A DNA stretch of 64,000 nucleotides from Gaiellaceae bacterium. Its GTDB lineage: Bacteria > Actinomycetota > Thermoleophilia > Gaiellales > Gaiellaceae. The notes below the pieces were generated by a model. The model was not told where the DNA came from and did no database searches. It saw only the letters and a list, made by a program, of their open reading frames with translations. Positions 1 to 9,373 of the stretch are shown here, in pieces; position 1 is the stretch's first letter, and each line of letters begins with the position of its first letter. Location of the stretch: NCBI GenBank assembly GCA_036001625.1, contig DASYUD010000006.1, positions 4,841-68,840 on the forward strand. The letters are read 5' to 3'. The translations under genes were made by a program, and so were the position numbers.

Positions 1-452
1 TCACGCGGGAACACCGTCCGGTGCACGAGGAACCGCTCGTACGCCGACTCGCCTTCCGGGTACCGGTACGCAAAGGTCTCGAGCGCGCGCGCCCGCTTGC
101 CGCGCGCGTCCCCGATCGCGGCCAGGAACAGCGACTGCATCACCCACGGGCTTGCGCGGTCGAGCAGGTAGGCGCAGGTAACGAGGACGGCGTCCTCCGA
201 CGGCGGCCCCGCGGGCAGCTCCCACGCCTTCGGGAAGAGGACGGCCGGCCCGTACTGCATCGAGCCGATCACGGCGCCGTCGTCGTCTCGGTAGACGGCG
301 CCCCAGGCGCCCCAATCGCTCTCGGCTTTCTCGATCCAGCGGCGCTTGTCGATCGAGCGATTGCCTTTCGACTGCCACCAGATGCACTCGTGACAGACGG
401 TCGGAGCCTCCTGGAGCGTTAGGCCGGTCAACCCGGCGACCCTTGTGCTCAC
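1..452 (-). CDS. conserved hypothetical protein, partial (3' end off window); possibly GNAT-like acetyltransferase (tentative)
   Basis: Own minus-strand translation from GTG at 452: VSTRVAGLTGLTLQEAPTVCHECIWWQSKGNRSIDKRRW...AYERFLVHRTVFPR, open to position 1. Composition is protein-like, unlike R-rich shadow ORFs 1..387(-) and 21..422(+). GTGA overlap with the upstream stop at 449-452. Confidence 0.5.
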   Translation of the reverse strand, partial: MSTRVAGLTGLTLQEAPTVCHECIWWQSKGNRSIDKRRWIEKAESDWGAWGAVYRDDDGAVIGSMQYGPAVLFPKAWELPAGPPSEDAVLVTCAYLLDRASPWVMQSLFLAAIGDARGKRARALETFAYRYPEGESAYERFLVHRTVFPR

Positions 453-1264
453 GAACCCAATTCTACGAGCCGGAGCTCCGTCGCCTCCGGCCGGGCGAAG
501 AAGCGGAAGGGGACGAAGGTCGTCCCGAGCCCCGTCGAGACGTGGAGGACCCCGCCCGGCCGGCGGTAGAGCCCCTCCGCGTACGTCCAGCGCAGGTGCG
601 CCAGCCGCAGCTTGCCGCGCCCGTACGGGATGCAGATCTGGCCTCCGTGCAGGTGGCCGGCGAGGACGAGGTCGAAGACCCCGGCGGGCACCTTGTCGAT
701 CACGTTCGGGAAATGGCAGAGGAGGATGCGGAGGTCGGCCTCGGCATCGGCCAGCCGCTCGGGCCTCGCCGTCCGCCGCCAGTACGAGCGCGGGTCGACG
801 CCGACGATCTGCACGCGCCGGCCGCGCAGCTCGACGGTTCGCGAGTCATCGCCCAGGACTGTCGTGGCGCCGAGGTCGAGGACCGCGCTCGGCTTCGAGA
901 ACGGGTCGCGCGTGACGGCGAAGTCGTGGTTGCCGAGGACGGCGAACGAGCTCGGCAGCCGCGCGAGGAGCGCGCGCAGCCTCGGCTCAGCCCGCGGGCG
1001 CGAGAGGAGGTCGCCGCTGATCAGCACGAGATCGGGCCGCCGCGCGACCGCCCAGTCGACGGCGCGCTCGACGGCCCGGGCGCCTCGAGAGGGGAAGCCG
1101 AGGTGAAAGTCCGAGAGATGGACGACGCGAAGCCCGTCGAGCTCCGCCGGGAGCCGCGACAGGGGCACCTCGAGCGTCCGGAAACGCACCCAGCCCGCTT
1201 CGAAGTGGCCCCAGGCGGCGGCAGCAGCCCCGACCGCTCCGAGCGTAACGATGGCTCCCTTCAC
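449..1264 (-). CDS. membrane-anchored metallophosphoesterase (calcineurin-like)
   Basis: ORF 449..1384(-). Motifs VVHLSDFHLG, ISGDL, GNHDF, GHLHGG. N-terminal hydrophobic segment. Start set to in-frame GTG at 1264 (VKGAIVTLGAVGAAAAAW); the upstream part is R-rich. Confidence 0.8.
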   Translation of the reverse strand: MKGAIVTLGAVGAAAAAWGHFEAGWVRFRTLEVPLSRLPAELDGLRVVHLSDFHLGFPSRGARAVERAVDWAVARRPDLVLISGDLLSRPRAEPRLRALLARLPSSFAVLGNHDFAVTRDPFSKPSAVLDLGATTVLGDDSRTVELRGRRVQIVGVDPRSYWRRTARPERLADAEADLRILLCHFPNVIDKVPAGVFDLVLAGHLHGGQICIPYGRGKLRLAHLRWTYAEGLYRRPGGVLHVSTGLGTTFVPFRFFARPEATELRLVELGS

Positions 1265-1278
1265 GAGACCGCATTCTC

Positions 1279-1618
1279 GTGCCTGGCGCGCACCTGGACC
1301 TCGAGCGGATCGACCTCTTCGGCCACTCGGCCGGCGGCTTCGTGTCGATGGTCTACGCCTCGGCCTACCCGCACCGAGTTGCACGGCTCGTGCTCTGCGG
1401 CACCTTCACTCGGTTCACGGACGACTGGCGTCGCCGGTTCGAGCGGTTCCTCGGCGAGCGGGACGAAGACCCTCGGTTCGCGGACGCGGTCGCCGCCCGG
1501 CGCGCGCGGGAGCAGAACCCCCCGGACGACGAAGAAGATCCTGCCCGGCGTCGGCCACATGCCGTGGGTCGAGGATCCCGACGCATTCCGCCGGGAGCTG
1601 CTCGCCTTCCTGGCGTGA
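1279..1618 (+). pseudogene. alpha/beta-hydrolase remnant (5'-truncated, frameshifted, internally shortened)
   Basis: Frame 1 has the nucleophile elbow region LDLERIDLFGHSAGGFVSMVYASAYPHRVARLVLCG. The catalytic-His C-terminus KILPGVGHMPWVEDPDAFRRELLAFLA* is in frame 2 (tail of ORF 443..1618). About 90 N-terminal residues are missing. Confidence 0.7.
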
Positions 1619-1629
1619 TGTCTGGAACG

Positions 1630-2511
1630 TCAGACTTCGAGCTTGTCCAGCACCGGCTGCACGGAGACGACGTGCCGCTTGAACTTGAGCTCGGAGTCCT
1701 CGAGCCCCGCCGCCACCCCGATCAGCTGCGACAGGTGGAGGATCGGGAGCCGGAAGTCGCGGCCCGTCGATGCGCACAGCTTCGACTGCCAGGCGTCGAG
1801 CGAGAGGTGGCACAGCGGGCACGGCGTCACCATGGCGTCGGCGCCGGCCTCCACGGCCTGCTCGATCGGCTGGAGGAGCTCGCCGAGCGCCGTCGCCTCG
1901 CGCGCCTGGATGATCGGAAAGCCGCAGCACTTGATCTTCGCCGGGTAGTCGACCGGCTCGCCGCCGCAGGCCTCGATGATCGCCTCGAGCGACCAGGGCC
2001 GGTCGGGGTCCTCGAAGCCGAGGATCTTCGACGGCCGGAGAATCTGGCAGCCGTAGAACGGCGCCACGCGCAGCCCCTTCAGCCCCTTGTGCGCCACCGC
2101 CTTCAGCCGCTCGAAGCCGTCGCCCTCGGCGATCAGCCAGAGCAAGTGCTTCACCTCGATGTTCCCGCCGTAGGGCGGCACGCCGACCGTCTCCAGGTTG
2201 CGATTCACACGCTCGCGTAGCTCGTCGTCATTCTTGAGCTGCCAGCTTGCCTGCCGCAGGTTGAGCGTGCACACGTTGCAGATCGTCATCAGCGTGTCGG
2301 CGCCGGTTTGCTCGCCGTAGGCAAGGATGCGCGCGTTCAGGTGGAGGTAGTAGTCGGGCTCGGCCTCGTGGATGTCGCCGGCTCCGCAGCAGGTGACCGA
2401 TTCGAGCTCCTCGAGCTCGAGCCCGAGCTTCGGCGCGAGCGCCTGCGTCGAGGAGTCGAGCTCCTTCGCCGAGAGCGAAGCAAGGCAGCCCTTGTAGTAG
2501 GCGACCTTCAA
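1630..2511 (-). CDS. CCG-domain (HdrB/SdhE-like) subunit of succinate dehydrogenase/fumarate reductase
   Basis: ORF 1630..2745(-). Two CCG motifs (SVTCCGAGDIHE; KIKCCGFPIIQ). TTG start at 2511 preceded by GGGAGGA. Lies downstream of sdhB. Confidence 0.8.
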   Translation of the reverse strand: MKVAYYKGCLASLSAKELDSSTQALAPKLGLELEELESVTCCGAGDIHEAEPDYYLHLNARILAYGEQTGADTLMTICNVCTLNLRQASWQLKNDDELRERVNRNLETVGVPPYGGNIEVKHLLWLIAEGDGFERLKAVAHKGLKGLRVAPFYGCQILRPSKILGFEDPDRPWSLEAIIEACGGEPVDYPAKIKCCGFPIIQAREATALGELLQPIEQAVEAGADAMVTPCPLCHLSLDAWQSKLCASTGRDFRLPILHLSQLIGVAAGLEDSELKFKRHVVSVQPVLDKLEV

Positions 2512-2577
2512 TGATCCTCCCGGTAACGCTGATGGATGCCCGGTTCGCGAGCACCAAGCGATGCAAGGACGCAGGGA

Positions 2578-2603
2578 GCGCCCGTACTGGACAGTACGGG
2601 CGC
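2578..2603. other. perfect 26-nt palindrome in the sdhB to CCG-subunit spacer
   Basis: gcgcccgtactg-ga-cagtacgggcgc read directly, within the 160-nt intergenic gap 2512..2671. Confidence 0.7.
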
Positions 2604-2671
2604 GACGGAGGACGCCGCAGCGCGCCGCGTGATCGCGGGCCGGGCGCCACCAAGTGTTGCCGGGAGGATCA

Positions 2672-3742
2672 TCAGCTCTCCGCCTCCGGCTGCTCTTCTG
2701 CCTTGACGTGCTCGATGCGGGCGAGGCCCCGCTCGCCCTGGACAATGCCCGCGGCGCCGTCGCGTCCCTGCTGCTTGACCAGGTCGTAGAGAGCGCGCGC
2801 CTCGTCGACCTCGGCCGCGACGTGGATCGGCCCCGGCGGCGGCACCTTGCCGCGGCGGGCGAGGCTCAGCGCGAAGCGCGTCTCCTTGAGCGCGCCGAGG
2901 ATGCCCTGCGTCTTCGGGACGAGCTCGGTCTCGCGCAGCCAGCCGCTCGTCTTCGACGAGATGACGAACCACTTCGCGTGCTTCGCCCCCATGTCGTGGT
3001 CTATCCCTTGCTTGATCGACTCCGCGCCGAGCTTCGCGATCGCGTCGCGCGGGTCGACCCCCTTCGGGCAGCGCTCGTTGCAGAAATAGCACCGCGTGCA
3101 GTCCCAGATGCCGTGCTCGCCGTTCAGGTCGTTCAGCCGCTCGACGTCCGCCTCGTCGCGCGGGTCGCCGACGAAGCGCATCCCCTTGGCGAGCGCGGCC
3201 GGGCCGAGGAAGTCCGGGTCGGCCTCCATCGCGTTGCACTCGGAGACGCAGCAGCCGCACATGATGCAGAGCGACTCCTTGTGGATGACGTTCATCGCCT
3301 TCTGCGAGATGACGCGCTCGCGCTCGGCGACCTCGTCGTAGCCGGGGTCGAGCCAGGGCTTGACGGCGCGGATCTTGTCCCAGAACGGATCCATGTTGAC
3401 GACGAGGTCCTTCACGATCGGCAGGTTCCCCATCGCCGAGATGACCGGGACGTGGCCAGCCTCGACGATCGGCTTCATCCGCTCCTTGCAGGCGAGGATC
3501 GCCCGGCCGTCCATGCGCATCCCGCAGGAGCCGCAGATCATCATCCGGCAGCTCTTGCGGTAGGCGAGCGTCCCGTCGTGGCGGTCCTTGATGATGTCGA
3601 GGACGTCGAGCAGGCACGCCCACTCGGGCGCCTCGACCTCGTAGGTGCGCAGCTCGCGCTCGCCCGTCTCGCCGTCGACGCGCCAGATCTTGAGCGCGAC
3701 GTCCATCGTCCGGTCCCCGGTGTGGACCGCGGCCTCGGTCAC
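2672..3742 (-). CDS. sdhB: succinate dehydrogenase/fumarate reductase iron-sulfur subunit with C-terminal extension
   Basis: Motifs CRMMICGSCGMRMDG, CIMCGCCVSEC, CTRCYFCNERCP. 356 aa versus ~250 typical. GTGA overlap with the upstream lipoprotein gene. Confidence 0.9.
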   Translation of the reverse strand: MTEAAVHTGDRTMDVALKIWRVDGETGERELRTYEVEAPEWACLLDVLDIIKDRHDGTLAYRKSCRMMICGSCGMRMDGRAILACKERMKPIVEAGHVPVISAMGNLPIVKDLVVNMDPFWDKIRAVKPWLDPGYDEVAERERVISQKAMNVIHKESLCIMCGCCVSECNAMEADPDFLGPAALAKGMRFVGDPRDEADVERLNDLNGEHGIWDCTRCYFCNERCPKGVDPRDAIAKLGAESIKQGIDHDMGAKHAKWFVISSKTSGWLRETELVPKTQGILGALKETRFALSLARRGKVPPPGPIHVAAEVDEARALYDLVKQQGRDGAAGIVQGERGLARIEHVKAEEQPEAES

Positions 3743-4626
3743 TGCCCCTGCTCGATTAGCTTCATCAGGTCGAGCACCTGGCGTGCCGGGGGAAGCTGGA
3801 TCTCTACGGCCGCACCGAAGTCGTAGAGCTCCATCGCCATGTCCATCTCCATCGGCCGACGCTCACCGGTGTTCGCGTCCAGAACTCGCATCTCGTAGCC
3901 GAACGTCATCCTGCGGACAATCTGGTCGTCGCCGATCCAGACGTCGGCCGGGACCGTCTTCACGCCCGCGAGCTCGATCAGGCGGTCGATCGTCTTCCTC
4001 ATCGCCGGCCGCTTGCCTGGGGCCACGAGATCCGGATACTTCTCGAAGTCGATCGTCGCGTGATAGTGCGTCGTCTCGACTCCGCGGACCGTCTCGCGAC
4101 CCTTCTTCTCCACTTTGCCACTGGCTGCGCGGAGGTAATCGACGGCCTGAGCAGGATTGCCCTGACCGAGCTGCATGAACTGTTGAAAGTCGATTCCCAT
4201 TTGCCGGCCGAGCTTCTGAAAGTCGAGCTTGATCCAGGGCTTCGCCGTATGAAGCGCGCGCGTCATGGCCGGGACCCGCATATAGGTGACGAGCCGGCCG
4301 TTCGAGAAGTCGATTACCTGCTCGCCGCGCCAGGCTTCGGGGCCACCCAGGGCGCCGTTGCTTGCGTCTGCAAGCTCCGACATGTCCATCGTGATCCGCC
4401 CGCGTTTTGCGCGGTTGTCCATGATTCCCGAGGAAGTGCTCGTCGCGCCTCCCGGAAGATCGGGGGAACGCGTCGTGATCGTCATGTCGATCCGGACGCT
4501 GGATACTTTCGCCGTCTCGGTCGCAGCGTTCGCCACCGGATCCAGCGAAACGGTGTCGCCGGTGCCGCAAGCGGCCAGCGCAAGTGCCGCGAGAATCGAG
4601 CCCGCGAAACAGATGAGCCGCGTCAC
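3739..4626 (-). CDS. lipoprotein, paralog 3 of 3 (LolA/LppX-like fold is a guess)
   Basis: MTRLICFAGSILAALALAAC lipobox. C-terminal half resembles the two upstream paralogs. GTGA overlaps at both ends. Confidence 0.8.
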   Translation of the reverse strand: MTRLICFAGSILAALALAACGTGDTVSLDPVANAATETAKVSSVRIDMTITTRSPDLPGGATSTSSGIMDNRAKRGRITMDMSELADASNGALGGPEAWRGEQVIDFSNGRLVTYMRVPAMTRALHTAKPWIKLDFQKLGRQMGIDFQQFMQLGQGNPAQAVDYLRAASGKVEKKGRETVRGVETTHYHATIDFEKYPDLVAPGKRPAMRKTIDRLIELAGVKTVPADVWIGDDQIVRRMTFGYEMRVLDANTGERRPMEMDMAMELYDFGAAVEIQLPPARQVLDLMKLIEQGQ

Positions 4627-5504
4627 GGCTGTGTCGTCACCCCCGTTTCCGTCTTCAGCTCGCTCTCGGCGCCCACGCAGAGCTGCAGCCCGCCTTCACC
4701 GTTCTCCTTCTCGTTCTGAAGGCGCGTTGGCGGGTTGCACTCGCCGACGAGCAGCTGAGTGAACTCGTCCTCCGTGATGACCTGATCGGCCGGCGGGGGC
4801 TTTACGTCGACCGCGACCCCGTAGTCGAAGACGTCGAGGGTGAGCTCGCTCGACGGACCCTGGCCCTCGGGAATCTCGATCTGCACGCGCCGCAGGCGCC
4901 CCTCGCCGTCGATCCAGAGATCGAACGGAACTTGCTTCTGGTCGACCCAGTACGCACTGAACATCTCGCGAACGTCCTCGCGATCCTTCTTGGGCACCGC
5001 ATCAACGGCGCGATCGAGGTCGAGCCTGGCGCGATAGTGCAACGCTTCCACGCCGCGAACCTCCCCGGAGTCGACCTTCTCGACCTCGCTCGCAGCGCGC
5101 AGGAAGCGGAGGAGATCGGCTGGGGTACTCGCAAAGGGCGGAAAGAGCTCGCCTTCGCCCCTTGAAGACTTGAGCCAGCGCTTCCCCGTCTTGGTATGGA
5201 AGGCGCCGAGATTCATGTACGACGCATCCTCCGTGTAGAGAACCTGGATCGAGCCCTCGTCTTCGCCCTCTTTGGCTCCGCTCGTGCTGGCGAACCGGCC
5301 GACCGAGCGCTCGTAGTCATAGACGCCGCCGAATCGGTCTGCGGGTTCGTTCTCTTGACGCACCACGAGCTCGAGGCGCGACGACCTCGCGGCACTCGTC
5401 TTGTCCGCCGAATCCGCGACTGCGTTGCTCGAAGACCGCGCGCCGCAGCCTGCGAGCGCAAATGCGGCGAGAAGCGAGCCCGAGACCCAGCCGAGACGGC
5501 TCAT
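4623..5504 (-). CDS. lipoprotein, paralog 2 of 3
   Basis: MSRLGWVSGSLLAAFALAGC lipobox. Shares ...VDVKPPPADQVITEDE...ELKTETGVTTQP with paralog 1. ATGA overlap at 5501-5504. Confidence 0.8.
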   Translation of the reverse strand: MSRLGWVSGSLLAAFALAGCGARSSSNAVADSADKTSAARSSRLELVVRQENEPADRFGGVYDYERSVGRFASTSGAKEGEDEGSIQVLYTEDASYMNLGAFHTKTGKRWLKSSRGEGELFPPFASTPADLLRFLRAASEVEKVDSGEVRGVEALHYRARLDLDRAVDAVPKKDREDVREMFSAYWVDQKQVPFDLWIDGEGRLRRVQIEIPEGQGPSSELTLDVFDYGVAVDVKPPPADQVITEDEFTQLLVGECNPPTRLQNEKENGEGGLQLCVGAESELKTETGVTTQP

Positions 5505-6289
5505 GGCGTCGTCGTCACCCCCGTTCCTGTCTTCAGCTCGCCCTCCACCACGTCGCCCCCAATGATGCGATCCAACTCGTCCTCCGTGATGACCTCGGCG
5601 GCCGGCGGTGGTTCGACGTCGACCTTCACTCCGAAGTCGAAGAAGTCGAAGGTAATCGCCCCGGGCCCCTCTCCGTAGTCGGGCATGCGAAGCCTGCGGA
5701 CGAGACCCTCGCCATCGATCCAGGCATCGACGATGACATCTCTCTCCTTGCCGGCGGGGGCATAGTCGGTCGCGCTGTCACCGAGCTTCTTCTCGTCCAG
5801 GTGGGCGCGGTAGTGCTTCGCGGCGACGCCTCGGACGTCGTCCTTGCCGAGGACCTCGACCTCCTTGCTCGACTTCAGCAGCAGCCCCAAGACGCGATCC
5901 GGATTCGTCCCGCCCGGCACGGGTACCAGCGCCTCGACGGCGTCCTCGGGGTCGTAACCCTCCTCCTTCGTCCAGCGCATCTTCCCTTTGAGCATCCACC
6001 CCGAATAGATGGTCCGGCCGATGAAGCGCACCTCGAGCTCATCGCCAAAGGGATCAAAGTCCTCCGTCTCGCTCTCCGCCTGCATGACGAGCTTCCCTCG
6101 ATCGCGTTCGTAGTCGAAGACACCGGCGGCCGTGAAGAGGGTCTTCTCCCCGGCCGTCACCGTCATCTCCACGCGCGAGCTGCCCGCGTCCGCCATCGCG
6201 CTGGACGCATCGTCGAGCGCTCCGCCCTTCTGGGCGCCGCAGCCGGCGACGAGCGGTAGGACGAGCGCAAGTAGGAATACACGCCGCAT
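5501..6289 (-). CDS. lipoprotein, paralog 1 of 3
   Basis: Start at Met193 of ORF 5501..6865(-): [17 protein letters not shown] lipobox. Its ATG shares one base with the sdhA TGA (TGATG at 6289). Confidence 0.8.
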   Translation of the reverse strand: MRRVFLLALVLPLVAGCGAQKGGALDDASSAMADAGSSRVEMTVTAGEKTLFTAAGVFDYERDRGKLVMQAESETEDFDPFGDELEVRFIGRTIYSGWMLKGKMRWTKEEGYDPEDAVEALVPVPGGTNPDRVLGLLLKSSKEVEVLGKDDVRGVAAKHYRAHLDEKKLGDSATDYAPAGKERDVIVDAWIDGEGLVRRLRMPDYGEGPGAITFDFFDFGVKVDVEPPPAAEVITEDELDRIIGGDVVEGELKTGTGVTTTP

Positions 6290-7953
6290 CAGTACGTCCG
6301 TTCCTCGGGCTGCCATTTCGTAAGCGTTACCGGCTTCCAGTCCAGGACCGCACGGTCGGCGATCCAGCGCACGATCGTGTGCTTCAGGTAGTTCTCGTCG
6401 TCGCGTTCGGGGAAGTCGTGCGGGCGCGCGTGGGCGCCGCGGCTCTCCTTCCGGCCGAGACCCGAGACGACCATGCAGTCCGCGAGCTCGAGCGCCTGCG
6501 TCAGGTCGTTGTTGAAGACCTCGCCCTTGTCGTCGACGACGACGTTCTCGTAGCGCTCGCGCAGGTAGCCGACGATGCGTCCCTGCTCCTCCATCTCCTT
6601 CTCGCGCCGGAAGACACCGAAGTTCTCGTGCATCGTCTGCGCAAGCTCGTCCCGGATCTTCCACGGCCGCTCGCCCTCGCGCCGGTCGAGGAGCGTCTTC
6701 AGCTCGCGCTCGGCGTCGGCCTCGACCGAGGGCGGAACGGCCACGGTCGTGTGCGTCAGCGCCCAGTCGGCCGCCGCCCGCCCGGATCGCTTGCCGAACG
6801 TGATCGTCTCCATCAGCGCGTTTCCGCCCAGGCGGTTCGCGCCGTGGACGGAGACGCAGGCGCACTCGCCGGCCGCGTAGAGCCCATCGAGCTCCGTCTT
6901 CCCGTCGATATCCGTGTCCACACCGCCCATGTGGTAGTGGGCGCCGGGACGGACGGGGATCGGCTCGTGGATCGGGTCGACGCCGGCGAAGACCATCGAC
7001 AGCTCGCGCGTCCCGTGCAGGCGTTCCAGGATCTTCTCCGCCCCGAGGTGGCGCAGGTCGAGGAGGACGTTGCCGTCGATGCCGCGGCCCTCGTCGATCT
7101 CGGTCTGCTCCGCGCGCGAGATCACGTCGCGGCTCGCTAGCTCCATCGCGTTCGGCGCGTAGCGCTTGAGGAAGCGATCGTCCTCGGAGTTGAGGAGGTA
7201 CGCGCCCTCGCCGCGGCAGCCCTCGGTGATGAGCACTCCAGTCGGAGCGAGCGTTGTCGGGTGGAACTGCATCATCTCCATGTCCTCCAAGGGCACGCCC
7301 ACCCGGAGGGCCATGGCCATCCCGTCGCCCGTGCAGGCATAGGCGTTCGTCGTCCCCGCGTAGAGCCTGCCCGCGCCGCCCGTGGCGAGGATCACGGTCT
7401 TGGCGCCGATCGTCTTCAGCCCGCCGTTCAGGAGATCCCAGGCGATCACGCCCTGGCAGCGGTCGTCGTCGACGACGAGCTTCCAGGCGAAGAACTCCTC
7501 GTAGACCTGGAGATCGCGCTTCATCACCTGCTCGTAGAGGACGTGGATGAGAACGTGGCCGGTGATATCGGCCGCGTAGGCCGTGCGCGGCTCGCCGGCG
7601 GCGCCGAACGGGCGCTGCGCGATGCGGCCGTCCTCGGTTCGCGAGAAGACGGCGCCCCAGTGCTCGAGCTGGTAGACGTCGTCGGGCGCCTCGTCGCAGA
7701 GCACCTGGATCGCGTCCTGGTCGCCCAGGTAGTCGGAGCCCTTGACCGTGTCGTAGGCGTGCTTCTCGGGGTCGTCCTCGGACGCGTTGCCGAGGGCCGC
7801 GTTGATCCCGCCCTCGGCCGCGCCCGAGTGGCTGCGGACCGGGTGGATCTTCGAGATCAACGCGACGTCGGCGCCCTGATCGTGGGCTTCGATGGCTGCG
7901 CGCATGCCGGCCAGCCCGGCGCCGACAACAAGCAGGTCGTGCGTCGCTTCCAC
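6289..7953 (-). CDS. sdhA: succinate dehydrogenase/fumarate reductase flavoprotein subunit
   Basis: [18 protein letters not shown] fold, [14 protein letters not shown], 554 aa. No Tat/Sec signal visible. Confidence 0.95.
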   Translation of the reverse strand: MEATHDLLVVGAGLAGMRAAIEAHDQGADVALISKIHPVRSHSGAAEGGINAALGNASEDDPEKHAYDTVKGSDYLGDQDAIQVLCDEAPDDVYQLEHWGAVFSRTEDGRIAQRPFGAAGEPRTAYAADITGHVLIHVLYEQVMKRDLQVYEEFFAWKLVVDDDRCQGVIAWDLLNGGLKTIGAKTVILATGGAGRLYAGTTNAYACTGDGMAMALRVGVPLEDMEMMQFHPTTLAPTGVLITEGCRGEGAYLLNSEDDRFLKRYAPNAMELASRDVISRAEQTEIDEGRGIDGNVLLDLRHLGAEKILERLHGTRELSMVFAGVDPIHEPIPVRPGAHYHMGGVDTDIDGKTELDGLYAAGECACVSVHGANRLGGNALMETITFGKRSGRAAADWALTHTTVAVPPSVEADAERELKTLLDRREGERPWKIRDELAQTMHENFGVFRREKEMEEQGRIVGYLRERYENVVVDDKGEVFNNDLTQALELADCMVVSGLGRKESRGAHARPHDFPERDDENYLKHTIVRWIADRAVLDWKPVTLTKWQPEERTY

Positions 7954-8092
7954 GCTACGCGTCCAAGTTACATGGTGGTGCCATACAAGTCCGGTGCGTT
8001 ATCTCGCGTGCCCACGACGCTATCGAAAGAGCAGAGCCCGACGGCTTGTGACAACGGGGGCAATGGCCCGGAGGAACCCGGTTCGGAGCGGG

Positions 8093-8123
8093 CGAAGGGG
8101 CGGCGCGGTTGCCCGCCCCTTCG
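8093..8123 (-). terminator. 11-bp GC-rich hairpin downstream of the RTX-like gene (no U-tract)
   Basis: cgaaggggcgg-cgcggttgc-ccgccccttcg, 20 nt past the stop at 8143. Confidence 0.45.
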
Positions 8124-8142
8124 GTTCCAGGATCAAGCCCGG

Positions 8143-9150
8143 TCAGGGACAGCTCCGATTCCGCTCGCCGCCGTAGCAGCGGTCGCGGCCGGGGCCGCCG
8201 TTCAGCCGATCGCGGCCGGGCCCACCGTCGAGCCGGTCGGCGCCTGCGCCGCCGGACACCACGTCGTTCCCCTGCTCGCCGCGGAGCAGGTCGGGCCCGC
8301 CGCCGCCGACGACGACGTCTGCTCCTCCGTGGCCGTTCAGCGAGTTCGGCCCCGCATCGCCGGTCAGGTGGTCTGAGTAGTGCGAGCCGAGGACGTTCTC
8401 GATGCCGACGAGGCTGTCGGAGCCCCAGCCGACGGCGGTGCCGCGGGCCAGGTTGACGTTCACCCCGGCCGGCGCCCAGCAGTAGCAACCGATGTCGCGT
8501 CCCGGGCCTCCGTCGAGGACGTCGTTCCCCGCGTCGCCGTCGAGGAAGTCGTCTCCCTCGCCGGCCGTGAGGCGGTCGTCGCCCGGCTGTCCGTCGAAGT
8601 AGTTGTCGTTGGCGTCACCCTCGAGCGTATCTGCGAAGGGCGAGCCGACGAGAGCTTCGACGTTGACGAGCGTGTCGGTGCCGAAGCCCGTGGCCGTACC
8701 GGTCGCAACGCTCGCCTGAACGGGGCCAGGCGCGTCGAGGAAGAAGACGATGTCGAGGTCGTCGTCCGAGCCGTCGAGCCTGTCGTCGCCGGCGTCCGCG
8801 ACGAGCCCGTCCATGTCCGGTCCTCCGTCGACGGTGTCGTTGCCCTCGCCGCCGCAGATGAGGTCGATGCCGTCGAGACCGTAGATCGTGTCGTTCCCCG
8901 TCAGGCCGACGATCACGTCGTCGTCGGATGTCCCGACGATCGTGTCGTCGCCCGGCGTCCCGACGATTGTCGGGGCCTCGTCCAGGCACTTCAGCACCTG
9001 ACTCGCCGATGCGCCCGACGTCGCGAGCGCAGCGGCCGCCAGGACGGCGAGGAAGAGCACGACCTTGCCGGCTAGCAGTGCCCGGTGAGGCACTGGGATG
9101 GATGTTCCCTGCATGACCTGCCTCCTTTGAGTTGGGGATTCGGTGGTCAT
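8143..9150 (-). CDS. secreted calcium-binding protein with hemolysin-type (RTX-like GGxGxD) repeats
   Basis: Signal-like N-terminus (LLAGKVVLFLAVLAAAALATSGASA). Many repeats: GDDTIVG, GNDTIYG, GEGNDTVDGG, GDDFLDGDAGNDVLDGGPG. Confidence 0.85.
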   Translation of the reverse strand: MTTESPTQRRQVMQGTSIPVPHRALLAGKVVLFLAVLAAAALATSGASASQVLKCLDEAPTIVGTPGDDTIVGTSDDDVIVGLTGNDTIYGLDGIDLICGGEGNDTVDGGPDMDGLVADAGDDRLDGSDDDLDIVFFLDAPGPVQASVATGTATGFGTDTLVNVEALVGSPFADTLEGDANDNYFDGQPGDDRLTAGEGDDFLDGDAGNDVLDGGPGRDIGCYCWAPAGVNVNLARGTAVGWGSDSLVGIENVLGSHYSDHLTGDAGPNSLNGHGGADVVVGGGGPDLLRGEQGNDVVSGGAGADRLDGGPGRDRLNGGPGRDRCYGGERNRSCP

Positions 9151-9220
9151 GCCTCCACGCTAGGTCCCGTGGAGCCCTCCTCGCGTCGGGCGGATCCCCC
9201 GGTCGCTTAGGGGATCTCCC
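9151..9220 (-). promoter_or_regulatory. ~70-nt leader, copy A (upstream of the RTX-like gene)
   Basis: Shares a 19-nt identical core GGGATCCGCCCGACGCGAG (minus strand) and the GGAGGCATG start context with copy B at 9374..9443. Confidence 0.5.
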
Positions 9221-9373
9221 TCAGGTCTCGGACGCCCAGCGCGGCTCGCACCCTTCGAGCCGAAACAGCTCGACGGCGAGGAGGTAGCGCTCGACCTCAC
9301 GGAGGAGCGTCTGAATCTCGGCGCTCGGCAGCGCTGATCCGCGCTGCGGGGAGATGTGGGAAACGCTTTGCAT
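9221..9373 (-). CDS. 50-aa conserved small ORF, copy 1
   Basis: MQSVSHISPQRGSALPSAEIQTLLREVERYLLAVELFRLEGCEPRWASET*. About 91% nt identity to copy 2, and the homology runs essentially from start to stop codon. Confidence 0.55.
   Translation of the reverse strand: MQSVSHISPQRGSALPSAEIQTLLREVERYLLAVELFRLEGCEPRWASET

Noticed and set aside
5501-6865. 454-aa version of the third lipoprotein ORF. Similar long N-terminal extensions exist for sucD (30460..32013), the SBP (to 35169), the ATPase (to 48967, running through the tRNA), pccB (to 44738) and pckA (from TTG 17258).
   Set aside because: The extensions are R-rich, overlap upstream genes or the tRNA, and internal starts give canonical N-termini (lipobox, VAIVVD..., signal peptide, and so on).
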